Below, in pieces: positions 51,853 through 64,000 of a stretch of DNA of 64,000 nucleotides. The DNA lies in the NCBI RefSeq assembly GCF_963921235.1, contig NC_086097.1, positions 229,030,001 through 229,094,000 on the forward strand, written 5' to 3'. Numbering within the stretch: the first letter of the stretch is position 1; each line of letters opens with the position of its first letter. Below the pieces are notes generated by a model, which was not told the DNA's origin, made no database searches, and was given only the letters and a program-made list of their open reading frames with translations. A program made the position numbers and the translations under genes. The stretch comes from Mobula hypostoma. Taxonomy: Eukaryota.

Positions 51853-53554
51853 AAGTAGCCCAATCTGTGTTAGGCAGAGGGAATCATGGGTAAAATAATC
51901 AGAATTCTGATCACACATCCAAAGGACTCACTTTCAAGGACTCCCCACACGTTTGCTGTACGACTTATTTATTTACTATTATTTTATTTGCACAGTTGGT
52001 CTTCTTGAGCACATTGTCAGTCTTTTGTGTGTGGTTTTCAAAGATTCAAGATTCAAAGTATTTATTATCAAAGGATAAATGCAGTATACAACCCTGAAAT
52101 TCGTATTCCCCAGACAGCCAAGAAACAAAGAAAACCATGGAGCCCTTTTAAAGAAAAAACATCAAACACGCAACGCACAAAAGAAAGAACAAATTGCGCA
52201 AATGCCAAAAGAAAGAGCGAAAAACACGGAATATAAAACACCAAATCACAAAGACATCGAAAGAGTCCAGGCAGATTCAGTTCAGTTTTTCATTGATTCT
52301 ATTGTATTTCTTTGTTTTACTGTGAATGCAAAGACATAACAATTACTTTAAGATTCTAAAATAAATAAATAATGCAAAAACAAAGAATAACTAAATTCAT
52401 GGATTCATGGACTGTTCATAAATCTGATGGCAAAGAAGAAGAAACAGTTCTTAAATTGTTCAGTGTAGGTCTTTAGGCTGTCACATCTCCTCCTCAATGG
52501 CAAATATGGGAAGAGGGCAAGGCTTGGATGGTGAGTGATGGACACCACCTATCTAAGGCACAGCCTCTTGAAACTGTCCTCAATAGTGAGAGAGGTTGTG
52601 CTGTTGATGGAGCAGGCCAAGTCTACAATCCTATCTAGCCTCTTGTGATCCTGTGCTATGAAGCCTCCAAACCAGGCTGTGAGGTAATCAGTTAAAATAC
52701 TCTCCACATCGATTGACGTTTGCAAGTCTTTGGTGACAGATCAAATCTCCTCAAATCCATAACAAATAACAAAGAAGATGAAAAATCTGTTCTCCATTGA
52801 AACACAATGTACGTGGCACAAGAGGAAACCGCACTTTATGGGAAGATCATAAAGTACAAAAAGAAGTTCCAAAACAACAAACTTTAAGCTTTGTATTGAG
52901 AAAAAAAAGCTGCTATATTTATACAGAGAATATGAATTATTTATATATTTAGTTTTAACTATGCATGCTGAATGTTTTTCATTATGTGTGGTTAAAACTA
53001 ACAATAGACTATTCAAAGTTTGCTTTTAGAAAGGGGGCCGATTTAAGCAATTTTTCAAAAGTAATGTTTATCAAAAAATCAATTTGTTTGAACCGATTGA
53101 AATAAACAGCTGTATCACAGATTGTAGGATACCAACAAACAATATTGTACAAATTCCAACAGAGGAAAGAGGAAGCCAGCTACACGTTGAAATAAATGTG
53201 AGCCCCCCCCAAAAAAACACATACTTCACCTGTTGGAATGAAAGATTAACAAAAGTGAACGTTAGATTTCCACAAACAAAACCTATGGATGCATATGTAC
53301 TTCAATTAGATATGGCCCCAAATATTTAATTGTGGTTTGTGGCTACAACCTCAAAGCCAGAATAACTTTCTAGATTTAGTGGAGACTAAGTTCACTGCAT
53401 GATCTTCAGGCGCTATACCATTTAACATCGAGTGACACAAAATTCAAACTACGGATGTTGTCCTTCAAAATGAAAAGAGCACAAGCAGTAGACATCCAAG
53501 TGATTAACCCTTTATTGCACCCCAGGCTGAATCAGAGCAAACTGCTGCAGGTGC

Positions 53555-56500
53555 TGGGAGCAGAATAAGGCCATTCAGTCCATTGAGCCTGTTGTGCCTT
53601 TCCATCATGCCTGGTTTATTTTACTCTCTTAACTCCATTCACCTGCCTTCTCTTCATAACTTTTGACACTCTTACTAATCAAGAGCATATCAAATTTTGC
53701 TTTAAATAAATCCAACAACTTTGCCTCCATAGCTGTCCGTAGCAATGAATTCCACAGATTCACCACCCTCTGGCTAAAGAAATCCCTCATCTCTGTTCTA
53801 AAAGGACATCCTTTTATTCCGATGCTGTTCTCTCCAGTCCTAGACTCCCCCACCATAGGAAACATCCTCTCTAACTCTATCTAGGACTTCCAATACTAGA
53901 TAGGTTTCAATGAGATCTATGCTCACTCATCAAATGCACCTCATATGTAACCCTTTCATTCCTGGGATAATTCTCGTAAACCTTTGGATCTTCTCCAATG
54001 CTAGAATATTCTTCTTTCGCAATGTGGTCCAAATCTGTTCACAATACTCCAAGTAAGTCCTGGCCAATGCCTTATAAAGCTGCAGAATTACATCATTGCT
54101 TTATATTCTAGTCCGCTCCAAATGAATGCAAACATTGCATTTGCCTTCCTTACCACTGACTCAACCTGCAAGTCAATTCTGTCATCCAGATGATTAACAA
54201 AAATGAAATTAAATCATTAGAAAGAGGTGACATGGGGTCAGAAGAAGTTGACCAGAATTGATCGGAAAAGAACACTGGCAGGGATGATGGAAGAGCAGCA
54301 ATTGCTGGAATTTCTGGAAACAATTCCAAAGGCACAGGATATGTACATCTTGCAAGAAGGTAAAGATGGAATATGAAAGTAAGCTAGGCAATAATATTGA
54401 AGAGGATACCAAAAGTTTCTTCAGGTACATAAAGTGTAAAAGAGAGGCGAGAGTGGGTACTGGATCAGTGGAAAATAATAGCTGGACAGATAGCATTGGG
54501 GACAAGAAAACGGAGGGTGAACTGGACAAGTATTCTGCATCAGTCTTCACTATGGGAGAAACTAGCAGTAGGATGTAAGATCTAGGTGTCAGGGGTCATG
54601 AAGTGTGTGAAGTTACCATTACTTGAGATAAGGTTCTTCAGAAACTGAAAGGTCTGAAGGTAGATAAATCACCTGGACCAGGTGGGGTATGTCCCAGGGT
54701 TCTGAAAGAGGTGGCTGAAGAGATTGTGGAGGCATTAATAATGACATTTCAAAAATCACTAGATTCTGAAATGGTTCCTGAAGACTGGAAAATTGCAAAT
54801 GTCACTCCACTTCTTCAAGAAGGGAGAGAGGCAGCAGAAAGTAAACAATAGTCCAGTTAGTCTGACTTCAGTGGTTGGGAAGATGTCAAGAGTCGATTAT
54901 AAGGATGAGTTCTTGGAGGCACTTGATAAAATAGGCCATAGTCAGCATGGTTTCCTCAAGGGAAAATCTTGTTTGGCAAATCTTTTGGAATTCCTTGAAG
55001 AAATAGCAAGCAGGATAGACAAAGGAGAATCGGTTGATGTTGTGTACTTGATTTTCAGAAGGCCTTTGACAAGCTGCCACACATGAGGCTGCTTAACAAG
55101 TGATGAGCCCATAGTATTACAGGAGAGATTCTAGCATGGATGAAGCAGTGGCTGATTAGAAGGAGACAAAGAGTGGGAATAAAAGGAGACTTTTATGGTT
55201 GCCTGCTGGTGACTAGTGGTGCTCCACTATGGTTTATGTAGGAACCGATTCTTTTTACATTATATGTCAATGATTTGGATGATGGAATTGATGGCTCTGT
55301 TGCAAATATTGCAGATGATACAAAGATAGGTGGAGGGGTAGGTAGTTTTGAAGAAGTAGAGAGGCTACAGAAGGTCTTAGATGAGAGCAGGCAAAGAAAT
55401 GGCAGATGGAATACAGTGTTGGGAAGTGTATGGTCATGCACTTTGGCAGAAGAAATGAAAGGGTTGACTATTTTCTAAATGGAGAGAAAATACAAAAAAA
55501 ACTGAAACACAAGAGGACTTGGGAACTTTTGTGCAGGATTCCCTAAAGGTTAATTTTCAGGTTGAGTCTGTGGTAAAGAATGCAAATGCAAAGTTAGCAT
55601 TCATTTCAAGAGGACTAGAATATAAAACCAAGGATGTAATGTTGAGGATATAAAGCACTGCTGAGGCATCACTTGGAGTGTTATGAGCCCCTTATCTTAG
55701 AAAGGATTTGCTGAAACTGGAGAGGATTCAAAGGAGGCTCACGAAAATGATTCCCGGATTGAATGGCTTGAAATATGAAGAGCATTTGATAGCTCTGGGC
55801 CTGTATTCACTAGTATTCAGAAGAATGAGGGGAGACCTCATTGAAACCTATCAAATGGCGAAAGGCCACGATAGAGTGGATGTGAAGAGGATATTTCCTA
55901 TGGTGGGAGAGTCTTAAAGACCAGGGGACACAGCCTCAGAATAGAGAGGCATCCTTTTAGAACGGAGATGAGGAGGAATTTCTTTAGCCAGAGAATAGTG
56001 AACCTGTGGAATTCTTTCCCACAGGCAGTTGTGGAGGCCAAGTCTTTATGTATATTTAATGCAGAGGTTGATAGATGCTTGAGTGGTCAGGGCACGAAGG
56101 GATACGGGGAAAAGGCAGAAGACTGGGTCTGAGAGAAATATTGGATCAGCCATGATGAAATGCGGAGCAGACTCGATAGACCCAATTCTGCTCCTATATT
56201 TTATGGTCTATATAATGTGACAAGTGGTAGACCCAACACAAGACTCCTGTAGAACACCACTAGTCTCTGGCAGCCAGCCAATAAAAGTTCCCTTTTAATT
56301 CCATGGTTTGCCTTCTGCCAGTCAGCCAATCTATTCATGCTAACAATAGAAAATCTGCTGGGTCCTGATGAAGGGTCTTGGCCCAAAATATTGACTATAT
56401 CTTTTCCACAGACGCTGTCTGGTGTGCTGAATTCCTCCATCATTACGCTAGTATCTTTTCTGTAATATCATGGAGTCCCCTATGTCTTTTTAGCAACTTC

Positions 56501-57680
56501 CTGTGTAACACTTTATCAAAGGCCTTCTGAAAATCCAACATACACAGACTCTCCCTTGTCTAACCTGCCTGTTATTTCCTCAAAGAATTCCAACAGAGTT
56601 GTTCCACAAGACTTCCCCTTAAGGGATCTATCATGACTGGCTTATTTTATCACGCACCTCCAACTATCCCCGAAATCTCATCCTTAATAATGGACTCCAA
56701 CATCTTACCTCCATTGAATTTAGGCTAACTGATTAACTTCCTGTCTTTTGCCTCTCTCCCTTCTGGAAGAGTGGAGTGACACTTGTGATTTTCAAGTCCT
56801 CTGGAACCATTCCAGAATACAGTGATTTTAGAAAGATCACTACTAATGCCTCCACAATCTCCTTACGTCTTTCAGAACACTGGGATGTAGTCCATTTGCG
56901 TCACGTAACCTTCAGACCTTCCAGCTTCCCAAACCGCCTCTCCTTAGTAATGGGTTACTTCTGCCCCTGGACCCTGTCAAGTTTCTGGCTTGTTGCTAGT
57001 TAGTTCTACTCTGAAGACTGATGCAAAGTACTTATTCAATTGGTCTGCCATTTCTCTGTTCCCCATCCCTACTTCTTCAATGTTATTTCCAGTAGTCCAA
57101 GTTGCCTGGGTTTTACTTGTTATATATCTGAAAAAAAGCTTCTGCTATGCTTTTTTATACTATTGTTTAGCTTATCTCACATTTCATCTTTTCTTGCCTT
57201 ATTGTTTTATTTTTAAGTTGCTTTCTGTTGGTCTTAAAAGCTTCCCAGTCCCCTAGCTTCCCACTAATTCTTGCTATATCGTATGACTTCTCATTTACTT
57301 TTACGCTGCCTTTGATTTCCTTTGTCAGCCATGGTTGCTCCATCACCCCTTAAAATGCTTCTTCTTCTTTGGGACAAAATAGTCCTGCTTCTTCTGAATT
57401 ACTCCCAGAAGCTCCAGCCATTGCTGCTCTACCATCAATAACTTTAACCAACTCCTCTCTCTTGTCTTTATAATTACTTTTACTCAATTGCAAAACAAAT
57501 ACATCTGATTTTAGCTTCTACAGCTATCATATTATTATCAAGGGCTAAGGGTTCCTTTGTCTTAAGCTCCCCAATCAAATCTGGTTCATTACATAACATG
57601 AAATCAAGAATGGGTTTTTCCATTGTGGGCTTGACTACAAGCTGCTCTAAGGAGCCATTGTGTAGGCTGGATGATTCCAA
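53555..57680 (-). mobile_element. Antisense CR1 (53555-54180 and 56208-57680), probably one interrupted copy
   Basis: The 3' end at 53555 and the upstream ORF2 (LEQLVVKPT..ILDFMLCNEPDLI) at about 57600 are colinear. Confidence 0.7.
54200..56208 (+). mobile_element. CR1 LINE ORF2 decayed copy between antisense CR1 segments
   Basis: PVSLTSVVGK, QHGFLKGKSCL, IADDTKIGG, GLYSLVFRRMRGDLIETY. Confidence 0.9.
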
Positions 57681-58139
57681 GATTTGCATTGTAAAACCAC
57701 AATAATTTTTTTATTCAAGTTTACGGGGTTTTTTCATACCCATGAAATACTGGAATTTTTGTCATGACACATGAAAGAAGCACATTGGAATAAAGTTAGC
57801 ATTATCTTAGAGCATTAATAGGAAAATGTTGCTCCCATCAACTTCTTAGAACTGTCTCCTTTCACAACAAAGTAAACCCCATTTTATGAGCGATACATCA
57901 TGTTTCTTTAAAGCAAGAAATCATAGTAAGGGAATCACAAACATCTTATTTGTTTGAAAAATCACTCAATTGCTCCCTTTGAAAGTCAAAATGAATCTGG
58001 TACCAACCATCCTTGGATACTCATCAGACAAATTCACTACATGACCACCTCAGATTAAAAAGACCATCCAATGGCTGAAACGCAAGTTGAAATGTTTTTC
58101 TAATGCATATTACGAACTCATCTTTTTTTTTTATCTGGG

Positions 58140-58575
58140 AACAGGACAGCATGCCAAGGAAGCCTAGAATCCAGTTTTATGGTAATCAGGAGATCTTCAC
58201 CAATGCCAGCCAATGAAGTTACTTCCTCCTGTTGATGCAAGAGTTCCTCTCAGAGTTGTAATGAGGTTTCTGCTATCAGGAAATACAACGAATGTGGCCT
58301 TCACTGCTTGACAATGTACCAAGTGGCGCTGACCACTGCATAAGATCTTTTTTAACTCACAGACACTTGAGGCTCGGTCAACCAGGAGAGCTTATGGAGG
58401 ATCCTTCTCAAATGTGACTGTTACCAAAAATTTCTTACAAACCTCACAATGACATGCAAGCCACAATTTTTGCCAATGGGTTTCCCACAGGCCTGATTCC
58501 AGAGCATATTGGGAGAAGGAAAGGCTGCGCTATCATACCAAATTTCATGATCCATTGCAATACATCACCTCAGCT
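58140..58575 (+). mobile_element. Old RTE LINE RT relic
   Basis: Reads SVNQESLWRILLKCDC.QKFL..HNDMQATIFANG..GC, typical of RTE RT. Confidence 0.6.
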
Positions 58576-58846
58576 TCAGTAAGCTGCACACTGCAGTGGA
58601 GATGACTGTACAAAAAGCAAGAAACCATTCAATCTTTGGAAAACAAATAAAATGACAGGTACTGGAATCTGAAACCACACAGAGATGCTGGAAGAACACA
58701 GGCAGCCAAGCAGTATCTGTGAAAAAAGTTTTAGATCAGGGATTATGGAAGGAGAAATGGGGCAGAACTTTTCTCCCATGCTAACCCAAAACATTAGCTA
58801 GTTTTTCTACTGGTAAGCGCCCTGGTAAAGATTTCACTGCTAACAT

Positions 58847-59465
58847 TGTAGGGTATTTCAAGTAATGGTCTTTCCGTAGAAGCAGTGTTTGGGATATCGT
58901 TAGAGATAATGGGTGCTTAGGAATATGGGCCATCCAATGAGGAGAGAAGGCTGAGGGAGCAGGTTTTCTTTTGTTCCTGACACTGGTTTGGCGAGAAATT
59001 AAGGGAGAAGATGCTGAAGAGAACCGGTCATAGGATTCAATCCGGTGGGGACCGTAACTTGATGGAGCAAGGTGCGGGAGTCTACTGAGGATCGATAAAC
59101 ATGATTTTTGGAAGATTTGAGCTCCAACTTGTGCACATTTGACTGTTTAATTATAATGGGCCCTTTTTGTTTGTCTTTTCTTTCTTTTCTTTACTAACTC
59201 TTTAGTTAAATTAATATTCATAAATAAATTTCCTTTAATTATATGCAGTGTGTGGTCTGTAATTTCCGGTTGACGAGCAACTCAGACAAACCGGGGCTTG
59301 GGTGGGAGAGACATCTACATCTCATGGATTTGGTGGGACCGGAATGTGTACTCCCTCGACCTACAAGGCCAGAGAATAGTGGGTTTCTCAGCGCTGAGTT
59401 GGGAAACTGCCAGCGAGGGCTAACGAGCCATTTCCTGGGACGTCCGGGAAGAAAGGGGGTTCACA
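58847..59465 (+). mobile_element. Possible solo LTR
   Basis: TGTAGGG...GGGGGTTCACA termini with CCAAT and AATAAA inside; no clear TSD. Confidence 0.35.
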
Positions 59466-59589
59466 ACCCGCAAATGTTAGATTACCTGATTCATCCGGCT
59501 CTTTGTTCTTCTTCTCCGTGCTGACAATCACCTCAGGGATGAGTGCTGCTCTTAGAGTGTAGAGAAAGATTGTGTGGCTAGGCATAGCT

Positions 59590-60115
59590 CAACCTCAACT
59601 GATAAATTTGCTGATGACACCACTGTTGTCGGCAGAATCTTAGATGGCTACAGGAAAGCATGCGGGAGTGAGATAGTTTGCTTGGTCAAGTTGTATCATA
59701 ACAACAACCTTACACTTAATGTCAGCAAGACCAAGAAAGTGATTATGAACTTCCAGAAGGGGAAGTCAGGAAAGAACACACCAATCCAGATTGAGGGGTC
59801 AACAGTGGAAAGGGTGGACAGCTTCAAGTTCCTAGGCAATAATATCTCACAACATCTATCATTAGGAGTTTGAGGAGATTTGGTATGTCACCAAAGACTC
59901 TTGCAAAGTTTTACAGATGTACGGTGGAGAGTCATCTGACTGATTGCATCACAGCCAGGTATGGAGGCTTCACAGGGCTACAGACTCAGCCAGGTTGCGT
60001 ACAAACTTCCCCATCATCTTGAACAGGTAGTGCCTCAAAAAGGCGGCATCCATCATGAAGAACTGGGGTCATGCTTTCCTCTCAGTACCACCATCAGGGA
60101 CAAAGTATAGGACCC
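59590..60115 (+). mobile_element. Rex1/Babar RT fragment
   Basis: KFADDTTVVGRI..NNLTLNVSKTKKVI..VERVDSFKFLG. Confidence 0.85.
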
Positions 60116-62063
60116 TGAACTTCCAGTAAGATGACAGCACACTTGTACTCCGTGACCTCTACAGGGCCAAAGGTGTCATGGTCTTTTTAAACATTTTTTT
60201 TTACGGTTGTAAGACGTTGCTGGACATTAAGAAGTTCAAGTATTGCATATCTACCCCATTGGTTAGTTGCTGGTTAGCGGGAAGAGCTAGACTTGGTGTG
60301 GACCGTGTTGCTGCCTGCTTATAGAGGGGCGCTGGAATCAGTGCGCGAAGGTGGTGTGCAGTCTAACAGCGAGTGATTGTCTTAGTGGATTTTTTTGTGA
60401 TCGCAAGACCCTGTTGGGCATTGGTGATGTGGAATGCTGACAGGGACTGACGGTGAGGGAGCTGCATGGCCTCAGTTATAGCACAGACTAGGCCCCAAGC
60501 TGTGGTATCACGTGTTGCAGCAGCCCAAGAGAGGTGACACCAGAGGCTGTGTGGTGCGGCATTCATGATGATGTCAGTGCTGCCCTCCAGTGCTTGCTCG
60601 GTGGAAGACTAGCTGGATTATGTCCATCCGCAGACTGCTGCGGGCTTGTTCTTGCCGACAACAAACATAGACTCAGGGACTTGGGCTATATATTTTTTGT
60701 GTGTACTGTACTATATAAGAGGGAAGAGGGAAGGGAAAATAGTGGAAGAAATTGATGTTCATGCCATCAGGTTGAATCCATCCCTACCTCTAGCTCACAA
60801 GTATAACCTACAGTTTACTAAAAGGAAAAAAAGAACAAGAACTTAAGACCACCTTAGTCTCAGGGAATAGGAAAATGTATACACTGGGAAAGTGGACAAA
60901 TTAAACAGACACCAGAAAAGAGAAATACTACCTTTATTTCTACTAATTTCTCTAAATTGAATAGTAGGATAGGCAAAATAACATCAGAACTCTCTCAGGT
61001 CAACATCACCTGCACGAAAACTCTGAACACGCTCAACAGTCCTGATGCAAAGGCCAAACGCCTGGACATGTGAAATCGCACACTCTTCCATTTCAGCAAG
61101 GAAAACACTTCAAAAGATACACACACAGCTTCTCCTTAATAAAAAAACATCTGCATCAACTCATTGAAATCCCCAGTTGAAGACCACACAAATTAGTGGA
61201 GATCTATTTAAAACAATAAACACTCAAATCTCTCCAATGGGAGTACACTGAGGCTGGAGAAATGTAGAAAAGTGTGGTGGAAGCAACCTGCTGTCAACCC
61301 TGAGAGATTGTCTAAGGTGACTGTAAGTTTTTAGAATAGCCCTGTCCTACTTTGAGCTAAAGGTCCATTTTAAGTAAGCTACCAATTTTTCAGTTGGCCC
61401 AGATAATGGAAATCGATATAATATTGTTTGATTTCATCTGTAGCTTATGAGAAGTTCAAACAACAAGAGAAAACGTCAAAGTTAAACTGCAAGTCAAGGA
61501 AAGAGTTAGAGAAATGATGTGAACTTCCATCACAATTTGGAGATGTTAAGTACTGAAACTATAATCAAGCACTAGTGTAGCTGAATGAATCTTGTCCACC
61601 TGAAAAAAACATTGATTTCAAAATTGCCATTGTGATGAACTCTGCATATGGACACTTTTGATAACAGAATTATAAATGGAAAGGTGCAGGAACCTGAAGG
61701 CTCACACCTCAAGGTTAAACATAGAACGTGGAACAGTATAGCACTGTACAAGCTCTTCGGCTCACAATGTTGTGCCAACCATTTAACCTACTCCCAAGAT
61801 CAATTTAACTCCTCTCTCCCACATGGCCCTCCATTTTTCTTTCATCTATGTGCCTAAGAGTCTCTTAAACGTCCTGAATGTATCTGCCTCTACCACCACC
61901 CCTAGCAGTATATCCCATGAACATTAACACTTTTTGTGTAAAGTAAAAACTACCTGACATCCCCTTTATACTTTCCTCCAATCACCTTAAAATGTCCATC
62001 AACAATTTCTTCCCCACTACCATCAGGTTCTTGAACTGAGCCCCAACACCATCTTGAAGCATA

Positions 62064-62066
<3 letters not shown>

Positions 62067-62104
<38 letters not shown>
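62067..62104. repeat. (TC)n microsatellite
   Basis: 19 perfect TC units. Confidence 0.95.
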
Positions 62105-62107
<3 letters not shown>

Positions 62108-62199
62108 TTACATGAATGTTCTTGTTTATTTTGTTGAGTCAGTTAGATATAATTTATGGTAATTTGCTTATGGTAACTTTTGTTTGCTATGTGAGACTT

Positions 62200-63390
62200 A
62201 GACTATTGACAGCATGTACTGTAAAGTGTCAGAGAGTTACTGTCAATATCATTATGGCGGGTAATGGCACATATCAAAAACTCCATTCCTCCCACACTGG
62301 ACACTCGCCAATATGCTTATTGACAGAACCGTTTTACGATTGACGCCATAGCATCTGTTGTGCACCTGGCCCTGACGCACCTAGAAAACTTCACTCTTCC
62401 TTCTTATTCTATTCCTCACTCTGGCCCTTTACCTCTTCTCACCTGCCTATACTTCCCTTTCTTCTATTGTCCATTCTCCTCCTCTATCAGATTCCTTCCT
62501 CTCCAGCCCTTTACCCTTCCCACCCACCTGGCTTCACCCATCACTTTCTCGCTAGCCTCCTTCCCCTCCTCCCACCTTTTTATTCTGGTGTCCTTCCCTT
62601 TCCATTTCAGTCCTGATGAAGAGTCTCGGCCAAAAGTCTCGACTGTTTTATTCATTTCCATAGATGCTACCTGACCCGCTGAGTTATTCCAGCATTTTGT
62701 GTGATGCTTCAGATTTCCAGCATCAGCAGAATTTCATGTTTACACTTAGCATACGTCAGAATGCTGTTCCTGGATTTTAGTTCAGCATTCAACACTATTT
62801 TACCCACAGACCTTGGTGAACAAGCTCCTACCCCTCGGTCTAAATACATCACTGTGCAAATGGGTGTTGGACTTCCTAACCAACACACCTCAGAGAATCA
62901 GGGTGCACAGCTGCCCCTCTCTCCCCATCATGCTGAGCACAAGTGCCCCGCAGGGCTGCGTGCTGAGCTGAACGCTGAACATTTCGCTCACACACGACTG
63001 CAGGGCCAACTATCCGAGTAATCACATTGTCAAGTTCGCCGGTGACACGGCAATGGTGGGGCTCATCACCAACAATGATGAGATGGCTTCCAGAGAGGAG
63101 GTGGAAGAACTTGACACCTGGCGCCCAGCACCGCAGTGGAAACTGCAAACAGGTTCACACTTCCGGAAGTGCACACCTCTCATGGTCCCAGAACACATTT
63201 TTTGCACAATCAGGAAAACTCATCAATGCTTCTACTTTCTGAGGAGGCTGAAAGGAGCTGGACTGTGCACAACTCTACTCACATCATTCTACAGATGTGC
63301 AGTAGAGACCATCCCAACAAGCTGCATCATTGCATAGTACCGAAACCGCACTACACTGGACAGGAAGGCTCGACAACAGTCATTCAAAAC
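62200..63390 (+). mobile_element. Rex1/Babar RT fragment interrupted by a PLE pLTR (62390-62740)
   Basis: DAIASVVHLALTHLEN | YVRMLFLDFSSAFNT is colinear across the insert; later PQGCVL and KFAGDT. Confidence 0.85.
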
Positions 63391-63429
63391 CACTTGCTGC
63401 GCGTGGTGGTGGTAGAATTGGTTGAAACA

Positions 63430-64000
63430 GGGCCGCGATGTGAACGCTTCTACCTTGCGAGCCAGTGCACTTGCTCTTTGCTATTCCACTGCCGAATACG
63501 CCTGCCCTGCATGGGAAAGATCTACTCCTGCTAAGAAGATGGATGCCGTTCTGAATGCAAGCTGCCGACTTATCACAGGTTGTTTAAAACCAACGAACAC
63601 CAATGGCCTGTATATCCAGGCGGGTATTGCTCCCCCGATACAAGAAGAATGGTAGCTAGTAAGAAGGAATGACTCCGTCAAACATCAGATGAGAGGCACC
63701 CTCTAAATGGTCATACACCTACACCCAGCCGCCTAAAGTCAAGGAAGAGCTTCATGAACAGTGTTGTTCCATTACAATCAATCCCATCTGAAGCCCGCAT
63801 CGCCTTGTGGAAAGACTGGCTCGCCAGTCTCAAACAACCCCCAATGATGGAAATTCCACCAGATGAAAGCCTTCCCCCAGGAACTAATTGCAACTGGGCA
63901 ACCTGGAAGTGCCTTAACAGACTTAGGACTGGTGTAGGTTGTTCAAAGGTGTCACTAAGCAAATGGGGATATACAACCAGCCCGACAACTTGTGAATGTG
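63430..64000 (+). mobile_element. Vingi (Ingi-related) non-LTR retrotransposon C-terminal region, runs off the window
   Basis: LRASALALCYSTAEYACPAW..LNASCRLITGCLKPT..AGIAPP; RLKSRKSF; WKCLNRLRTGVG..KWG..CEC zinc-knuckle start. Confidence 0.75.

Noticed and set aside
60320..60336. Second CTCF-like motif AGAGGGGCGCTG
   Set aside because: Only the 3' half matches and it lies inside a repeat.

Overview
This is AT-rich, repeat-dominated eukaryotic DNA with no intact host protein-coding gene that I can identify. The repeat content (CR1 LINEs, Rex1/Babar LINEs, V-SINE-type tRNA SINEs, a Deu-domain SINE relic and Penelope-like elements) suggests a cartilaginous fish, probably a ray, and an intronic or intergenic location (inference). 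Most ORFs in the track are decayed retroelement fragments or their antisense shadows. Main items: (1) a young, 5'-truncated Neptune-type Penelope-like element (RT + GIY-YIG) whose terminal repeat holds a complete minimal hammerhead ribozyme, with about 10 copies of that motif across the window, including an inverted pair and a 94-bp TSD-flanked insertion; (2) two solo LTRs with clean TSDs; (3) a TSD-flanked non-coding retroelement with a YY1-like 5' end and a higher-order minisatellite; (4) Vingi and Crack/L2-type LINE fragments; (5) Tc1 and hAT MITEs; (6) unique-sequence islands with a CTCF motif, an HNF4/COUP DR1 promoter-like site before a signal-peptide-like first exon, and a few speculative orphan exons. 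Family names come from recalled motifs, not database searches. Repeat boundaries are approximate unless TSDs or TIRs are quoted.
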